A stretch of 64,000 bases of DNA from an uncultured Pseudomonadota bacterium. Lineage in GTDB: Bacteria > Myxococcota_A > Polyangia > Fen-1088. Below, piece by piece: positions 1 to 9,580 of the stretch (positions within the stretch are counted from its first letter, which is position 1; every line of letters begins with the position of its first letter). The stretch spans positions 416,001 through 480,000 of the forward strand of contig CAWKBC010000027.1 in the NCBI GenBank assembly GCA_963847705.1. The letters are read 5' to 3'. Below the pieces are notes generated by a model. It did not search any database. It saw only the letters and a program-made list of their open reading frames with translations, and was not told the origin of the DNA. Made by a program: the position numbers and the translations under genes.

Positions 1-929
1 ACGAGGCGATCGTCTGCGTGGCGGGGGCGTTCGGCGCGCGGATGGCCGACGTGGCGGAGCGTTACGGCGCGAGCGTGCACCTGGTGAGCGCCGAATGGGG
101 AGAGACGATCGCGCCTGGCGCGGTGGCGGCGGCGCTGGCGGCGCACCCGCGCGCAAAGCTGGTCGGGATCGTTCACGCCGAGACCTCGACGGGCGCGCAC
201 CAGCCGCTGGAAGAGATCTCCCGGATCGTCCACGCGGCGGGGGCGCTTTTTCTCGTGGACGCGGTCACCTCGCTCGCCGGACACGAGCTGCGCGTGGACG
301 ACTGGCGCATCGACGCCTGTTACAGCGGCACCCAGAAGTGCCTGTCGTGCCCGCCGGGGTTGGCGCCGGTGACCTTCAGCGCCGCGGCGCTCGAGGTGAT
401 GGACCGCCGCAAGACGAAGTGCCGCAGCTGGTACCTCGACCTGTCGCTCATCCGCAACTACTGGAGCGCCGATCGCGCTTACCACCACACGGCGCCGGTC
501 AACATGACCTACGCCCTGCGTGAGGCTCTCCGCGCGGTGCTGGAGGAGGGGTTGGAGGCCCGCATCGCCCGCCACCACCGGAACCACCTCGCGCTGCGGG
601 CCGGACTGGAGGCGATGGGGCTCGCTTATGTCGCGAAGGCCAGCCTCGCTTCGCTCAACGCCGTCTTCGTGCCGGCGGGCGTCGACGACGGGCGGGTGCG
701 GGCGCGCCTGCTGGCAGAGTTCGGGATCGAGATCGGCGGCGGCCTTGGACCGTTCAAGGGGAAGGCCTGGCGGATCGGTCTCATGGGCGCCTCCAGCACG
801 CGGCGCAACGTCACCCTGCTGCTGGGCGCGCTCGAGACGCTCCTGCGCGACGCCGGCGGAGGCCTCTCGCCCGGCACCGGGCTGGAGGCGGCCGCGGCCA
901 GCTACGCAGCCGCTGACAGCAACACCTGA
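1..929 (+). CDS. Alanine--glyoxylate/serine--pyruvate aminotransferase family (class V PLP enzyme), 5'-truncated
   Basis: Motifs [29 protein letters not shown] (PLP lysine), YHHT, WRIGLMG. The frame is open to the window edge. Confidence 0.9.
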   Translation, partial: EAIVCVAGAFGARMADVAERYGASVHLVSAEWGETIAPGAVAAALAAHPRAKLVGIVHAETSTGAHQPLEEISRIVHAAGALFLVDAVTSLAGHELRVDDWRIDACYSGTQKCLSCPPGLAPVTFSAAALEVMDRRKTKCRSWYLDLSLIRNYWSADRAYHHTAPVNMTYALREALRAVLEEGLEARIARHHRNHLALRAGLEAMGLAYVAKASLASLNAVFVPAGVDDGRVRARLLAEFGIEIGGGLGPFKGKAWRIGLMGASSTRRNVTLLLGALETLLRDAGGGLSPGTGLEAAAASYAAADSNT

Positions 930-1092
930 GCGCCGGTCGCTCGGCCGCGCGCCTGAGCCGTGAAGGCGACGCGCGAGCGGCGTTCGTCACCACTGTCAGA
1001 CGGCGCCGCAATCTCTCCCAACGCTCTCCCGACGGCCGCGCGCTGCTTGTAGAGCGGGTGACGGTCCCTAGAGTTTCGGAGAAGGAGAAAAC

Positions 1093-2571
1093 ATGGCCAC
1101 AAAAAAGCCCAACATCTTGGTTCTCTTTGGCGACGACATTGGCATGTGGAACATCAGCTACTTCAGCCGCGGTCAGATGGGCTACCGAACGCCCAACATC
1201 GACCGCGTGGCCCACGAAGGCGTGGCCTTCACCGACTACTACGCGCAGCAGAGCTGCACCGCCGGCCGCGCCGCCTTCATCACCGGCCAGAATCCGGTTC
1301 GCGTCGGTCTGAGCAAGGTCGGGATGCCCGGCGCGACCGTGGGGCTCCAGGCGGAGGACCCGACCATCGCCGAGCTCCTCAAGCCGCTCGGGTACGCCAC
1401 CGGCCAGTTCGGCAAGAACCACCTCGGCGATCGAGACGAGTACCTGCCGACCGTGCATGGCTTCGACGAGTTCTTCGGGAACCTCTACCACCTCAACGCG
1501 GAGGAGGAGCCGGAGCTGCCCGACTATCCCAAGGATCCGGCGTTCCGGAAGAAGTTCGGACCCCGCGGTGTGCTCCACTGCCTCTCCGACGGCAAGGGGG
1601 GCCAAACGATCAAGGACACGGGCCCCTTGACCATGAAGCGGATGGAGACCATCGACGAGGAGATCACCGATCGCGCCATGGAGTGGATGGAGAAGCAGGT
1701 CAAGGACGAGAAGCCGTTCTTCCTCTGGTACAACTCGACCGCGATGCACTTCCGGACCCACCTGGCCGAGAAGAACCGCGGCAAGAGCGGACAGGACGAC
1801 TACAGCGACCGGATGGTCACCCACGACGAGCAGATCGGCCAGATGCTGGACAAGCTCGACGAGCTGGGGATCGCCGACAACACGATCGTCATGTACACGA
1901 CCGACAACGGCCCCGAGAACGACACCTGGCCGGACGGCGCCAACACCATCTTCCGCAGCCAGAAGGACACCAACTGGGAGGGGGGCTGGAGGGTCCCGGC
2001 GTTCATCCGTTGGCCGGGCAAGATCAAGCCGGGCACGGTCTTGAACGACATCGTCTCCCATCAGGACATGCTGCCGACCCTGCTGGCCATCGCGGGTGAT
2101 CCCGACGTCAAGGCGAAGCTGCTCAAGGGCTACAAGGTCGGCGACAAGACCTTCAAGGTCCACATCGACGGCTTCGACATGCTGCCCTACCTGACCGGTC
2201 AGGCGAAGGAGAGCCCCAGAAAGTTCTTCTTCTACATGAGCGATGACGGCGAGGTCATGGCGGTCCGGAACGGCGACTGGAAGTTCGTGCTCGGAGAGCA
2301 GCGCGCCATGCAGCTGAAGGTCTGGATGGAGCCGCTCAGCAAGCTGCGGCTCCCCCTGATCTTCAATCTACGGCGCGATCCGTTCGAGCGCGCGCAACAC
2401 AACTCCAACACCTACTATGACTGGCTGGCGTACCACGCCTTCATGATTTACGAGATGCAGGAGCTGGTGGCGGAGCAAGTGGAAGCCTTCGTCAAGTACC
2501 CGCCGCGGCAGAAGCCGGCCTCGTTCAACCTGGACGAGGTGATGCGACAGGTTCAGCCCCATCATCAATAG
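1093..2571 (+). CDS. Arylsulfatase (Cys-type formylglycine sulfatase), no obvious signal peptide
   Basis: KPNILVLFGDDIG, SCTAGRAAFITG (CxxxR), GKNHLG, TTDNG. AAGGAG RBS upstream. Confidence 0.92.
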   Translation: MATKKPNILVLFGDDIGMWNISYFSRGQMGYRTPNIDRVAHEGVAFTDYYAQQSCTAGRAAFITGQNPVRVGLSKVGMPGATVGLQAEDPTIAELLKPLGYATGQFGKNHLGDRDEYLPTVHGFDEFFGNLYHLNAEEEPELPDYPKDPAFRKKFGPRGVLHCLSDGKGGQTIKDTGPLTMKRMETIDEEITDRAMEWMEKQVKDEKPFFLWYNSTAMHFRTHLAEKNRGKSGQDDYSDRMVTHDEQIGQMLDKLDELGIADNTIVMYTTDNGPENDTWPDGANTIFRSQKDTNWEGGWRVPAFIRWPGKIKPGTVLNDIVSHQDMLPTLLAIAGDPDVKAKLLKGYKVGDKTFKVHIDGFDMLPYLTGQAKESPRKFFFYMSDDGEVMAVRNGDWKFVLGEQRAMQLKVWMEPLSKLRLPLIFNLRRDPFERAQHNSNTYYDWLAYHAFMIYEMQELVAEQVEAFVKYPPRQKPASFNLDEVMRQVQPHHQ

Positions 2572-2611
2572 GACGGGCAATAGCGCCGCTTCGGCCGCGG
2601 TCACGGAGGGG

Positions 2612-3826
2612 GTGCGGGCGTTCTACGAGCGCCACCCGTATCCCCCTCCCGTGGACAGCCTGGAGAAGTACCGGCGTGTCTGGCAGGACGGCCAGAGGCG
2701 CCGTGCGGACTACCATCTGTTTTGGCCCGGCCGGCCCTACCGCGAGGACCACACCATCCTGATTGCGGGCTGCGGAACCTCCCAGGCGGCGAAGCACGCT
2801 CTCCGCTGGCCGCGGGCGCGGGTGACCGGCATCGACTTCAGCGCCACCAGCGTCGGCAAGACCGAGGAGCTGAAGCAAAAGCACGCGCTCGACAATCTCC
2901 AGGTTCACCAGCTCTCTCTCACCGAGGTGGGCGAGCTGGGGACGACCTTCGATCAGATCGTCTGCACCGGGGTGCTCCACCATCTCCCCGAGCCCGACGC
3001 AGGCCTCCAGGCCCTGCGCGACGTGCTGGCGCCCGGCGGGGTCATGCACCTGATGCTGTACGCGCCCTACGGACGGGTCGGCGTCTACATGCTGCAGGAC
3101 TTCTGCCGTCGGCTGGGCATCGAGGCCGACGAGAGCGGAATCCGAGAGCTCGTCACCGCCCTCGGCGCGTTGCCGTCCGGACATCCGCTGGGAACGCTGC
3201 TGCGCGAGGCGCCCGACTTTCGGAGCGAGGCGGCGCTCGCCGATGCGCTGCTGCACCCGCAGGATCGCGCCTACTCGGTGCCGGAGCTGTTCGCGTTCCT
3301 CGAACGGTGCCGGCTCCGGTTCGGCCGCTGGGTGAAGCAAGCACCCTACAGCCCCCACTGCGGGTTGATGGCCCGTCTCCCACAGGCGGCGCGGCTCGCG
3401 CAGCTTCCAGCCATGGACCAGCACGCCGCCGCCGAGCTGTTTCGGGGGACGATCTCTCGCCACAGCGTCGTCGTGTACCGCGACGATGACCCGGGCGCCC
3501 CCCACGCGCTCAGCTTCAGCGGGGACGCCTGGCGGCGCTACGTGCCGATCCGGGCGCCCGACACCATCGCCGTCGAAGAGCGGTTGCCCGCCGGCGCGGC
3601 GGCGGTGCTCATCAACCGGGGCCACAGCCACACCGACATCTATCTGCCGATCGACGCGCAGGAGAAGCGGCTCTTCGACGCCGTCGACGGCGTGCGCACC
3701 CTCGGCGAGCTGGCCGAGGCGCACGGACGTCGGGAGACCGCCGCTCCGTTCTTTCAACGCCTCGGCTGGCACGACCAGGTCGTGTTCGACACCTCCGGGA
3801 GCCTACGTCGGTCGAAGGGGAGCTAA
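2612..3826 (+). CDS. Class I SAM-dependent methyltransferase with C-terminal extension
   Basis: ILIAGCGT motif I, VTGIDFS, FDQIVCTGVLHHL, LAPGG. N-terminal FYERHPYP. Confidence 0.85.
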   Translation: MRAFYERHPYPPPVDSLEKYRRVWQDGQRRRADYHLFWPGRPYREDHTILIAGCGTSQAAKHALRWPRARVTGIDFSATSVGKTEELKQKHALDNLQVHQLSLTEVGELGTTFDQIVCTGVLHHLPEPDAGLQALRDVLAPGGVMHLMLYAPYGRVGVYMLQDFCRRLGIEADESGIRELVTALGALPSGHPLGTLLREAPDFRSEAALADALLHPQDRAYSVPELFAFLERCRLRFGRWVKQAPYSPHCGLMARLPQAARLAQLPAMDQHAAAELFRGTISRHSVVVYRDDDPGAPHALSFSGDAWRRYVPIRAPDTIAVEERLPAGAAAVLINRGHSHTDIYLPIDAQEKRLFDAVDGVRTLGELAEAHGRRETAAPFFQRLGWHDQVVFDTSGSLRRSKGS

Positions 3827-4449
3827 CGGCCGGCGACCTGCTCCGGGCGAGACTGGCCGCGCACGCGGCGCTCGGCTTTTCGCTCTGCGAAAATGAGGGC
3901 GTGCGCCGCCTCCGGGCCGAGGAGATCGGCGATGGCCGCGCGGCGCGCCTGATCGGCGTTGGGGTCGAGCCCCGCGCTCCGGAGGTCGGCGCCGCGCGGG
4001 AGCTGCGCCATCGCCTGGACGGTGCGTGCGTAGGCGTCGTCGATGGCGCGGATCGCGGTGCGCTGCTCGTCCGACAGGTGCAGGATGCCGAAGACCTGCT
4101 CGTCGGCCGCCTGGAAGACCGCTCCGCGACGTTGCGGCGTCAGCCGCCGTCGGCGCTCGACCGCCGGGTCGGTCTGGAGGTCACTGACGGTCTCGGTGTC
4201 GGGCGGCGGGGCCGGGACGGCCGGGACGGCGGGCGGTGGAGGCGATGGGCGCTCGGCGGGCGCCGGAACGGCTGGCGTCGGGACGACCGGTGCCGCCACC
4301 ACCGGCGCCGCGATCAGCTCGCTCGGCCCCCTGAGCTCTGCGGGGCGGGCGCGGCGGTGGTGCGCGTGATAGAGCGCGTAGCTCTCGACTCCCAGAATGA
4401 GCGGCGCCAGCACGACGGAGCCGACGATGATGACGTTCGAGCGCCCCAT
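3823..4449 (-). CDS. Hypothetical protein with N-terminal membrane anchor and Pro-rich linker
   Basis: ATG at 4449 follows GAGGA. Hydrophobic N-terminus (VIIVGSVVLAPLILGV), then a Pro/Ala linker and a helical C-terminus. Confidence 0.6.
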   Translation of the reverse strand: MGRSNVIIVGSVVLAPLILGVESYALYHAHHRRARPAELRGPSELIAAPVVAAPVVPTPAVPAPAERPSPPPPAVPAVPAPPPDTETVSDLQTDPAVERRRRLTPQRRGAVFQAADEQVFGILHLSDEQRTAIRAIDDAYARTVQAMAQLPRGADLRSAGLDPNADQARRAAIADLLGPEAAHALIFAERKAERRVRGQSRPEQVAGR

Positions 4450-4521
4450 GGAGTCCTCAGTGCGAATTGGCGCTTGAACTGTAACGCCGACTTCGGCCGC
4501 CGGCGTGGCCAACGCGCGGAA

Positions 4522-7080
4522 CTAGTGATCGACGGCGGCGGTTTCCGCCGGATGCTGACGGCGGACGATCTCGTTGAGGATGTTCCCCAGGTTGTCCTCG
4601 GTCATCGACCAGGCCTGGGGAAACTCCTCCTTGGTGTAGACCTGCAGCGCGTTCCGGTAGGCTTCGACCGCCTGCGCCAGGAGGCGATTGCCAGACTCGT
4701 CCTCGCGGCGGCGTCCCTGATCCTCGAGCACGGTGCCGAGGTTGTTCTCGGTCATCGCCCAGTCGCGCGGGAGCGACTGTCGCGTGCAGACCTCGAGGGC
4801 GCTGTTGAAGGCGCGCACGGCCTGCGCGAGCAGCGCTTCACTCGCCGCCCCTTCGGCCCGGCGACCCTGATCGGCGAGGACGGTGCCGAGGTTGTTCTCG
4901 GCGATCGCCCAGTCGCGCGGCGCCTCCTCGCGCGTGAGAACCTCGATCGACATCTGGAAGGCCAGGGCCGACTCGGCGAGCAGCTTGTCTCCCGGCTCCC
5001 CTTCGGTGCGCACCCCCAGATCGTCGAGGGCGGTCCCCAGGTTCGCCTCGGTCGACGCCCAATCACGCGGGAGCCGCTCGGGCGTCCGGACCTGCAGCGA
5101 CTGCTTGTGAGCCTCGACCGCTTGCGCGAGCAGCGCCAGGCTCTTCTCGCCCTTGGCGCGCGTCCCCTGCTCGTCGAGCGCGCCGCCCAGGCTGTCCTCG
5201 GTAGTGGCCCACGCGTCGGGTGCGAGCTCGCGCGTGCGGACCTGCAGCGCCTGCTGAAAGGCATCGACGGACTGCGCCAGCAGCTCGTCCCCCTTGCCCT
5301 CGGGCGCCCGCTTGCCCTGCTCCTCGAGCACGTCGCCGAGCGTCGCCTCGGTGGCCGCCCACACCGGCGCCGCCCGTTCTCGGGTGGAGACCTTCAGCGC
5401 CGCGCGGAGCGCGTCCGCCCCCTGGGTCAAGAGCTCGTCCCCTTTCGTGCCGCTCGTCCGCTTGCCGCGCGCGGCGAGCGCCCGGCCGAGCGCGCTCTCG
5501 CCCGCGGCCCAGTCGGCCGGGACCTGTTCGCGGGTGCGAACCTTGAGCGCGAACCGGTACGCGTCGGCCGCGCGGGCGAGGTAGTCGTCGCTCTTGTCGT
5601 CGGGCAGGCGCTCCCCCTGCGCCTCCAGAATGGCTCCCAGCTCGATCTGCGTCGCCGCCCATTCGTTGGGAAAACGATCGGCCGTCCGCACCTCCAGCGT
5701 CGACTTCAGCGTGTCGGCCGCGCGCGCGAGCAGCTCGTCCCCCTTGGCGCCCGGCGTGAGCGTCGCCTGGTCGACCAGGACCCGACTGAGGTTGGCGGCG
5801 CTGGCCGCCCACGCCTCGGGGTGTTGCTCGCGGGTCGACACCTCCAGCGCCAGCTGGATGGCGGCGGCCGCCTGGCCGAAGAGCTCGCGGGCCTGTTTCC
5901 CGGTGGCCAGCTTCCCCTCGTCGTCGAGGATGGCTCCGAGGTCGCTCTGCGCGGAAGCCCACTCCTTGGGGAACTCCTCGCGCGTGTAGATCTGGAGCGC
6001 GTCACGGCAAGCGGCGGCGCCGCCTTGCAGGTGCGGGGTGGCCGCCGCGGCGGGCTTCCCGGCGGCGAGCTGCTGCTCCGCGCGGGCCACGTCGATCGAA
6101 GCCGCTGCCCAGCGGGTGGGATCGTCCTTCTTGTCGAGCTGGGCCAGCACCCGGCGGTACGCCGCCAGCGCCGGTTCGAACTGCAAGCTCAAGAAGTCGG
6201 CGTCCGCCTCCTTCTTCAAGAGCTCCCGCATGGCGTCTCCATGCGCGCGCTTCCTGGCCGTGAGCGCCTGCGCTTCCTTCTCGAAGCCGGTCTCCTCGGC
6301 GAGGGCCGCCGCGACCGCGGCGTGGGAAAAGCGGGCCGCGTCGGCCAGCTCGTGTCGGACGAACGCCGCCTGGCTCTTCTGGGCCGGCGTGCTCAGGTGG
6401 TTGTTCTTCACCTTGGCCGCCCAGCTGTCGACCGCGGCCTTCACCTCCTTGAACGAGAGGCCGTACCGCGTCGCCCAGTCGCGCAGGTAAGGGTCGAGGC
6501 GGAGCTGGCCAGGATGCGGATCGTGGCCGATCTGCTCCCGCGCGCGCGCCATCATTCCGCTGACGAGCGTCTCGAGCGCAGGCGGCGAGAGGAATCGCTT
6601 GGAGCCGATCGGCACCAGCTGCACCTCCAGCAGGTTCTTGTCGAGATCGGCCGGAACCCGCGCCGCGCCGCCCGACGGCGACCAGAGCCGGTAGCCCTCC
6701 TTGTCGGCATCGATCGTGAGCGCGTCGCCCGGTTTCATCTCGGGCGGGAGGATGAGCCAGAAGCGGCCGTCCTCATCGGTCGACGGCGCGTCCTTGGCGC
6801 CGCGAACATGCACCACGGCGTCCGCCAGCGGCCGTGGCTTGCCGGGGCGATCGGGAGGCGCCACCACGATCCCTTTGAGGTAGCGCGCATCGGCCGCCCG
6901 CGCCTGCTCGGCGGGGGCCACCATGGCGGCCAGAGCAACCGCGCCGGCGACCTTCAACGGGGACCAACAAACAGAGAGCCGCTGGCGTGTCACGCGTTTG
7001 AAACCTCGCTGGAAACTCTGGCGCACGCCTCGATGTTGTCCAGACCCAATACGCGACCGGTGATCGGAATCACCGGCCAA
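4522..7080 (-). CDS. TPR-like repeat protein, probably secreted; true start probably downstream of 7080
   Basis: About 10-11 repeats with a 50-aa period (TRE.xP..WA.t...LG.vL...G). Signal-like segment VALAAMVAPAEQARA, then a small beta domain. Confidence 0.8.
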   Translation of the reverse strand: MAGDSDHRSRIGSGQHRGVRQSFQRGFKRVTRQRLSVCWSPLKVAGAVALAAMVAPAEQARAADARYLKGIVVAPPDRPGKPRPLADAVVHVRGAKDAPSTDEDGRFWLILPPEMKPGDALTIDADKEGYRLWSPSGGAARVPADLDKNLLEVQLVPIGSKRFLSPPALETLVSGMMARAREQIGHDPHPGQLRLDPYLRDWATRYGLSFKEVKAAVDSWAAKVKNNHLSTPAQKSQAAFVRHELADAARFSHAAVAAALAEETGFEKEAQALTARKRAHGDAMRELLKKEADADFLSLQFEPALAAYRRVLAQLDKKDDPTRWAAASIDVARAEQQLAAGKPAAAATPHLQGGAAACRDALQIYTREEFPKEWASAQSDLGAILDDEGKLATGKQARELFGQAAAAIQLALEVSTREQHPEAWAASAANLSRVLVDQATLTPGAKGDELLARAADTLKSTLEVRTADRFPNEWAATQIELGAILEAQGERLPDDKSDDYLARAADAYRFALKVRTREQVPADWAAGESALGRALAARGKRTSGTKGDELLTQGADALRAALKVSTRERAAPVWAATEATLGDVLEEQGKRAPEGKGDELLAQSVDAFQQALQVRTRELAPDAWATTEDSLGGALDEQGTRAKGEKSLALLAQAVEAHKQSLQVRTPERLPRDWASTEANLGTALDDLGVRTEGEPGDKLLAESALAFQMSIEVLTREEAPRDWAIAENNLGTVLADQGRRAEGAASEALLAQAVRAFNSALEVCTRQSLPRDWAMTENNLGTVLEDQGRRREDESGNRLLAQAVEAYRNALQVYTKEEFPQAWSMTEDNLGNILNEIVRRQHPAETAAVDH

Positions 7081-7168
7081 CCGCTTCCAGGATCACGGAG
7101 GGATCGCCCATCGCGCGGCCCTGGCAGATCGCGCGTGTCACCCGTCACGGGCGCGGTATCGTCGGCCG

Positions 7169-9151
7169 ATGAAGCTCCGCCTGCCCGCCCGGGCTCTGGT
7201 GATCGCTCTGGCGACGGGCATGATGAGCCTGGCGATGGGCGGCTCAGCCGAGGCGCGGGGCCGGACGCGCAACGTCGTTCTCTTCATCGCCGACGGGTTG
7301 CGGCCGTCGTCGCTGAATCCCACCGACGCGCCGACCCTGGTTCGGCTGCAGAAGGAAGGCGTCTTCTTCGCCAACAGCCACTCGCTCTATCCGACGGTCA
7401 CCACCGCCAACGCCTCGGCGCTGGCCACGGGACATCAGCTGGGCGACACCGGCAACTTCGCCAACACCATTTACAACGGCGCCCGGGTCGTCAACAGCGG
7501 GACACCCTTCATCGAGGACGACGAGGTCCTGGCGGAGCTCGACGCTCAGACGGGCGGCAACTACCTGGGCGAAGCGACGCTGCTCGCCGTCGCGCGGGCC
7601 CGCGGGTTCAGCACCGCGGCGGTCGGGAAGGTCGGGCCGACCCTGATCCAGGACGTCACGCAGGGCGATCGTTCGGTGAAGATGCCGGCGACGATCTTCA
7701 TCGACGACCGAACGGGAACCGGGAAGGGGGTGCCGCTCGCTCCGGCGATCGCCACGGCGTTGACCGCCGCGCTCGGCAGCGCGACACCGCCGGCGCGGAA
7801 CAGCAAGCCGCCGACACCCGAGGACAACGGCTATTCGGGGAGCAGCCAGACGCCGGGGACACGCGTGGCCAACCTTCGCCAGCAGGAGTTCCTGGCCGAC
7901 GCCGTCACCAAGGTCATCCTGCCCGCCTTCAAGCAGCGGGGAAAGCCGTTCGTGCTGGTGTTCTGGTCACGAGATCCAGACGCCACGCAGCACAACCAGG
8001 GCGACAGCCTGGGGGACCTCGCCACCGGCATCAACGGACCGACCTCGCGCAGCGCGATCCACAACGCCGACCAGACCCTGCGCCGCATCCTGGCCGCAGT
8101 GGAGGGCGACCCGGCGCTCGCCGAGACGACCGATGTCGTCGTGACCTCGGACCATGGCTTTTCGACCATCAGCCGGCGTGACGTCGACGCCGAGGGGCAC
8201 CCGTCGCAGAGCCCGTCGACGAAGCGGCGCGCGCCCGACGTTCGCCCGGGTGATCTGCCGCCGGGGTTCGTGGCGATCGACGTCGCCGCGCACCTGGGGC
8301 TGAAGCTGTGCGATCCCGACAGAGTGGCGCTGGGAGTCGACGGCCAGTCGGGCTACGCGCCGGTTGGCCCCCAGGAGCACCCGTCGCTGGGGAACGGGCT
8401 CATCGGGCCGAGCTGCGTCGTCAAAAACCCGCACGACGGCAAGGTCATCGTCGCGGCGAATGGTGGGACGGACCTCATCTACGTGCCCGACGGCGACGCC
8501 GCCCGGATCGCGGAGGTGGCGACGTTCCTTCTCGGACAGGACTACGTCGACGCAATCTTCGTCGATGGCCCACCCAACCTGGTGCCGGGCGCGCTCAGTC
8601 TGCGCGACATCAACCTCGCGGGGAGCGCGCTCCTGCCGAAGCCCGCGATCGTCGTCGCGCTCAAGACCTTCAGCCGGGATCCCCGCGAGCCCCTCCGCAG
8701 CCAGGTCGACGTCTCCGACACGACGCTGCAACAGGGGCAGGGGGGACACGGCAGCTTCGGCCGCGCCGACGTCACCAACACGATGATCGCCTTCGGGCCC
8801 GGCTTCAAACGTGGGTTCGTCGATCGCTCGCCCGCCAGCAACGCCGATCTCCCCGTCACGCTCGCGCACCTCCTGGGCCTCGCCCTGCCGAGCCGCGGAC
8901 AGTTGCGCGGTCGCGTCCTTGCCGAGGCCCTCGCGGGCGGCCCGCCCGCCGTCAGGGCGACGTGTGGCGAGGCGGTCGCGACGCCGGGCACGGACGGGCT
9001 CCGGACGGCTTTGCATTTTCAGATGATGGCGGGCGTCCGTTACCTCGACGCCGCCAGGAAGTTCAGCGGCCCGAGCGTCTGGGGCGACGCCTTCGACGGT
9101 CTTCCGTGCAGCCTGCCGAGGCGCGATCTGAAGGCCACCACGAAGCACTGA
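7169..9151 (+). CDS. Secreted alkaline phosphatase superfamily protein (nucleotide pyrophosphatase/phosphodiesterase type)
   Basis: Signal peptide, LFIADGLR, PTVTTAN nucleophile region, DPDATQH, TSDHG, GGHG. Confidence 0.85.
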   Translation: MKLRLPARALVIALATGMMSLAMGGSAEARGRTRNVVLFIADGLRPSSLNPTDAPTLVRLQKEGVFFANSHSLYPTVTTANASALATGHQLGDTGNFANTIYNGARVVNSGTPFIEDDEVLAELDAQTGGNYLGEATLLAVARARGFSTAAVGKVGPTLIQDVTQGDRSVKMPATIFIDDRTGTGKGVPLAPAIATALTAALGSATPPARNSKPPTPEDNGYSGSSQTPGTRVANLRQQEFLADAVTKVILPAFKQRGKPFVLVFWSRDPDATQHNQGDSLGDLATGINGPTSRSAIHNADQTLRRILAAVEGDPALAETTDVVVTSDHGFSTISRRDVDAEGHPSQSPSTKRRAPDVRPGDLPPGFVAIDVAAHLGLKLCDPDRVALGVDGQSGYAPVGPQEHPSLGNGLIGPSCVVKNPHDGKVIVAANGGTDLIYVPDGDAARIAEVATFLLGQDYVDAIFVDGPPNLVPGALSLRDINLAGSALLPKPAIVVALKTFSRDPREPLRSQVDVSDTTLQQGQGGHGSFGRADVTNTMIAFGPGFKRGFVDRSPASNADLPVTLAHLLGLALPSRGQLRGRVLAEALAGGPPAVRATCGEAVATPGTDGLRTALHFQMMAGVRYLDAARKFSGPSVWGDAFDGLPCSLPRRDLKATTKH

Positions 9152-9160
9152 CGGCGGGGC

Positions 9161-9370
9161 TCACGGCGCGCTCACCTCGCTCGCCACGGACCCGGTGTCT
9201 GTTCCGGCGTCCTCCGGCGGTGCCTGGAAGTCCGCTCCCAGACTGGAGTCGAAGTTCTCATCGATGGGCGGCGTCTGGTCGCATCCGACAAACGCGACGA
9301 CGGCGCCGCCGAGCGTGAGCCCCAGGATGACGATGCTCACGCGAAGGGTCGACAGCTTCCGAGACATCAC
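9161..9370 (-). CDS. Small putative lipoprotein
   Basis: Hydrophobic leader ending in FVGC, followed by an acidic tail. Confidence 0.5.
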   Translation of the reverse strand: MMSRKLSTLRVSIVILGLTLGGAVVAFVGCDQTPPIDENFDSSLGADFQAPPEDAGTDTGSVASEVSAP

Positions 9371-9580
9371 GACTCTTCAGGATTGCGAGGGACGTGCCAG
9401 CCGGCAGACCCAGCTCCGGCCATCTCTACCCATCTCCTGGCCCCCAGATCTTCGGCGGCCGCGGCCGGGTCACCAGCGACCACCGCCGATCTGACACCAG
9501 ACGCGCCGGGGGTGGAGACGATCTGGCAGCGCGATCGGGCGTAAAATATGTTCTGCTGTCCCGGACGTGGTGCGAGGTCG

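Noticed and set aside
3901-8181. 1426-aa plus-strand ORF
   Set aside because: Antisense/off-frame shadow of the TPR and phosphatase genes. It is Arg-rich with no motifs.
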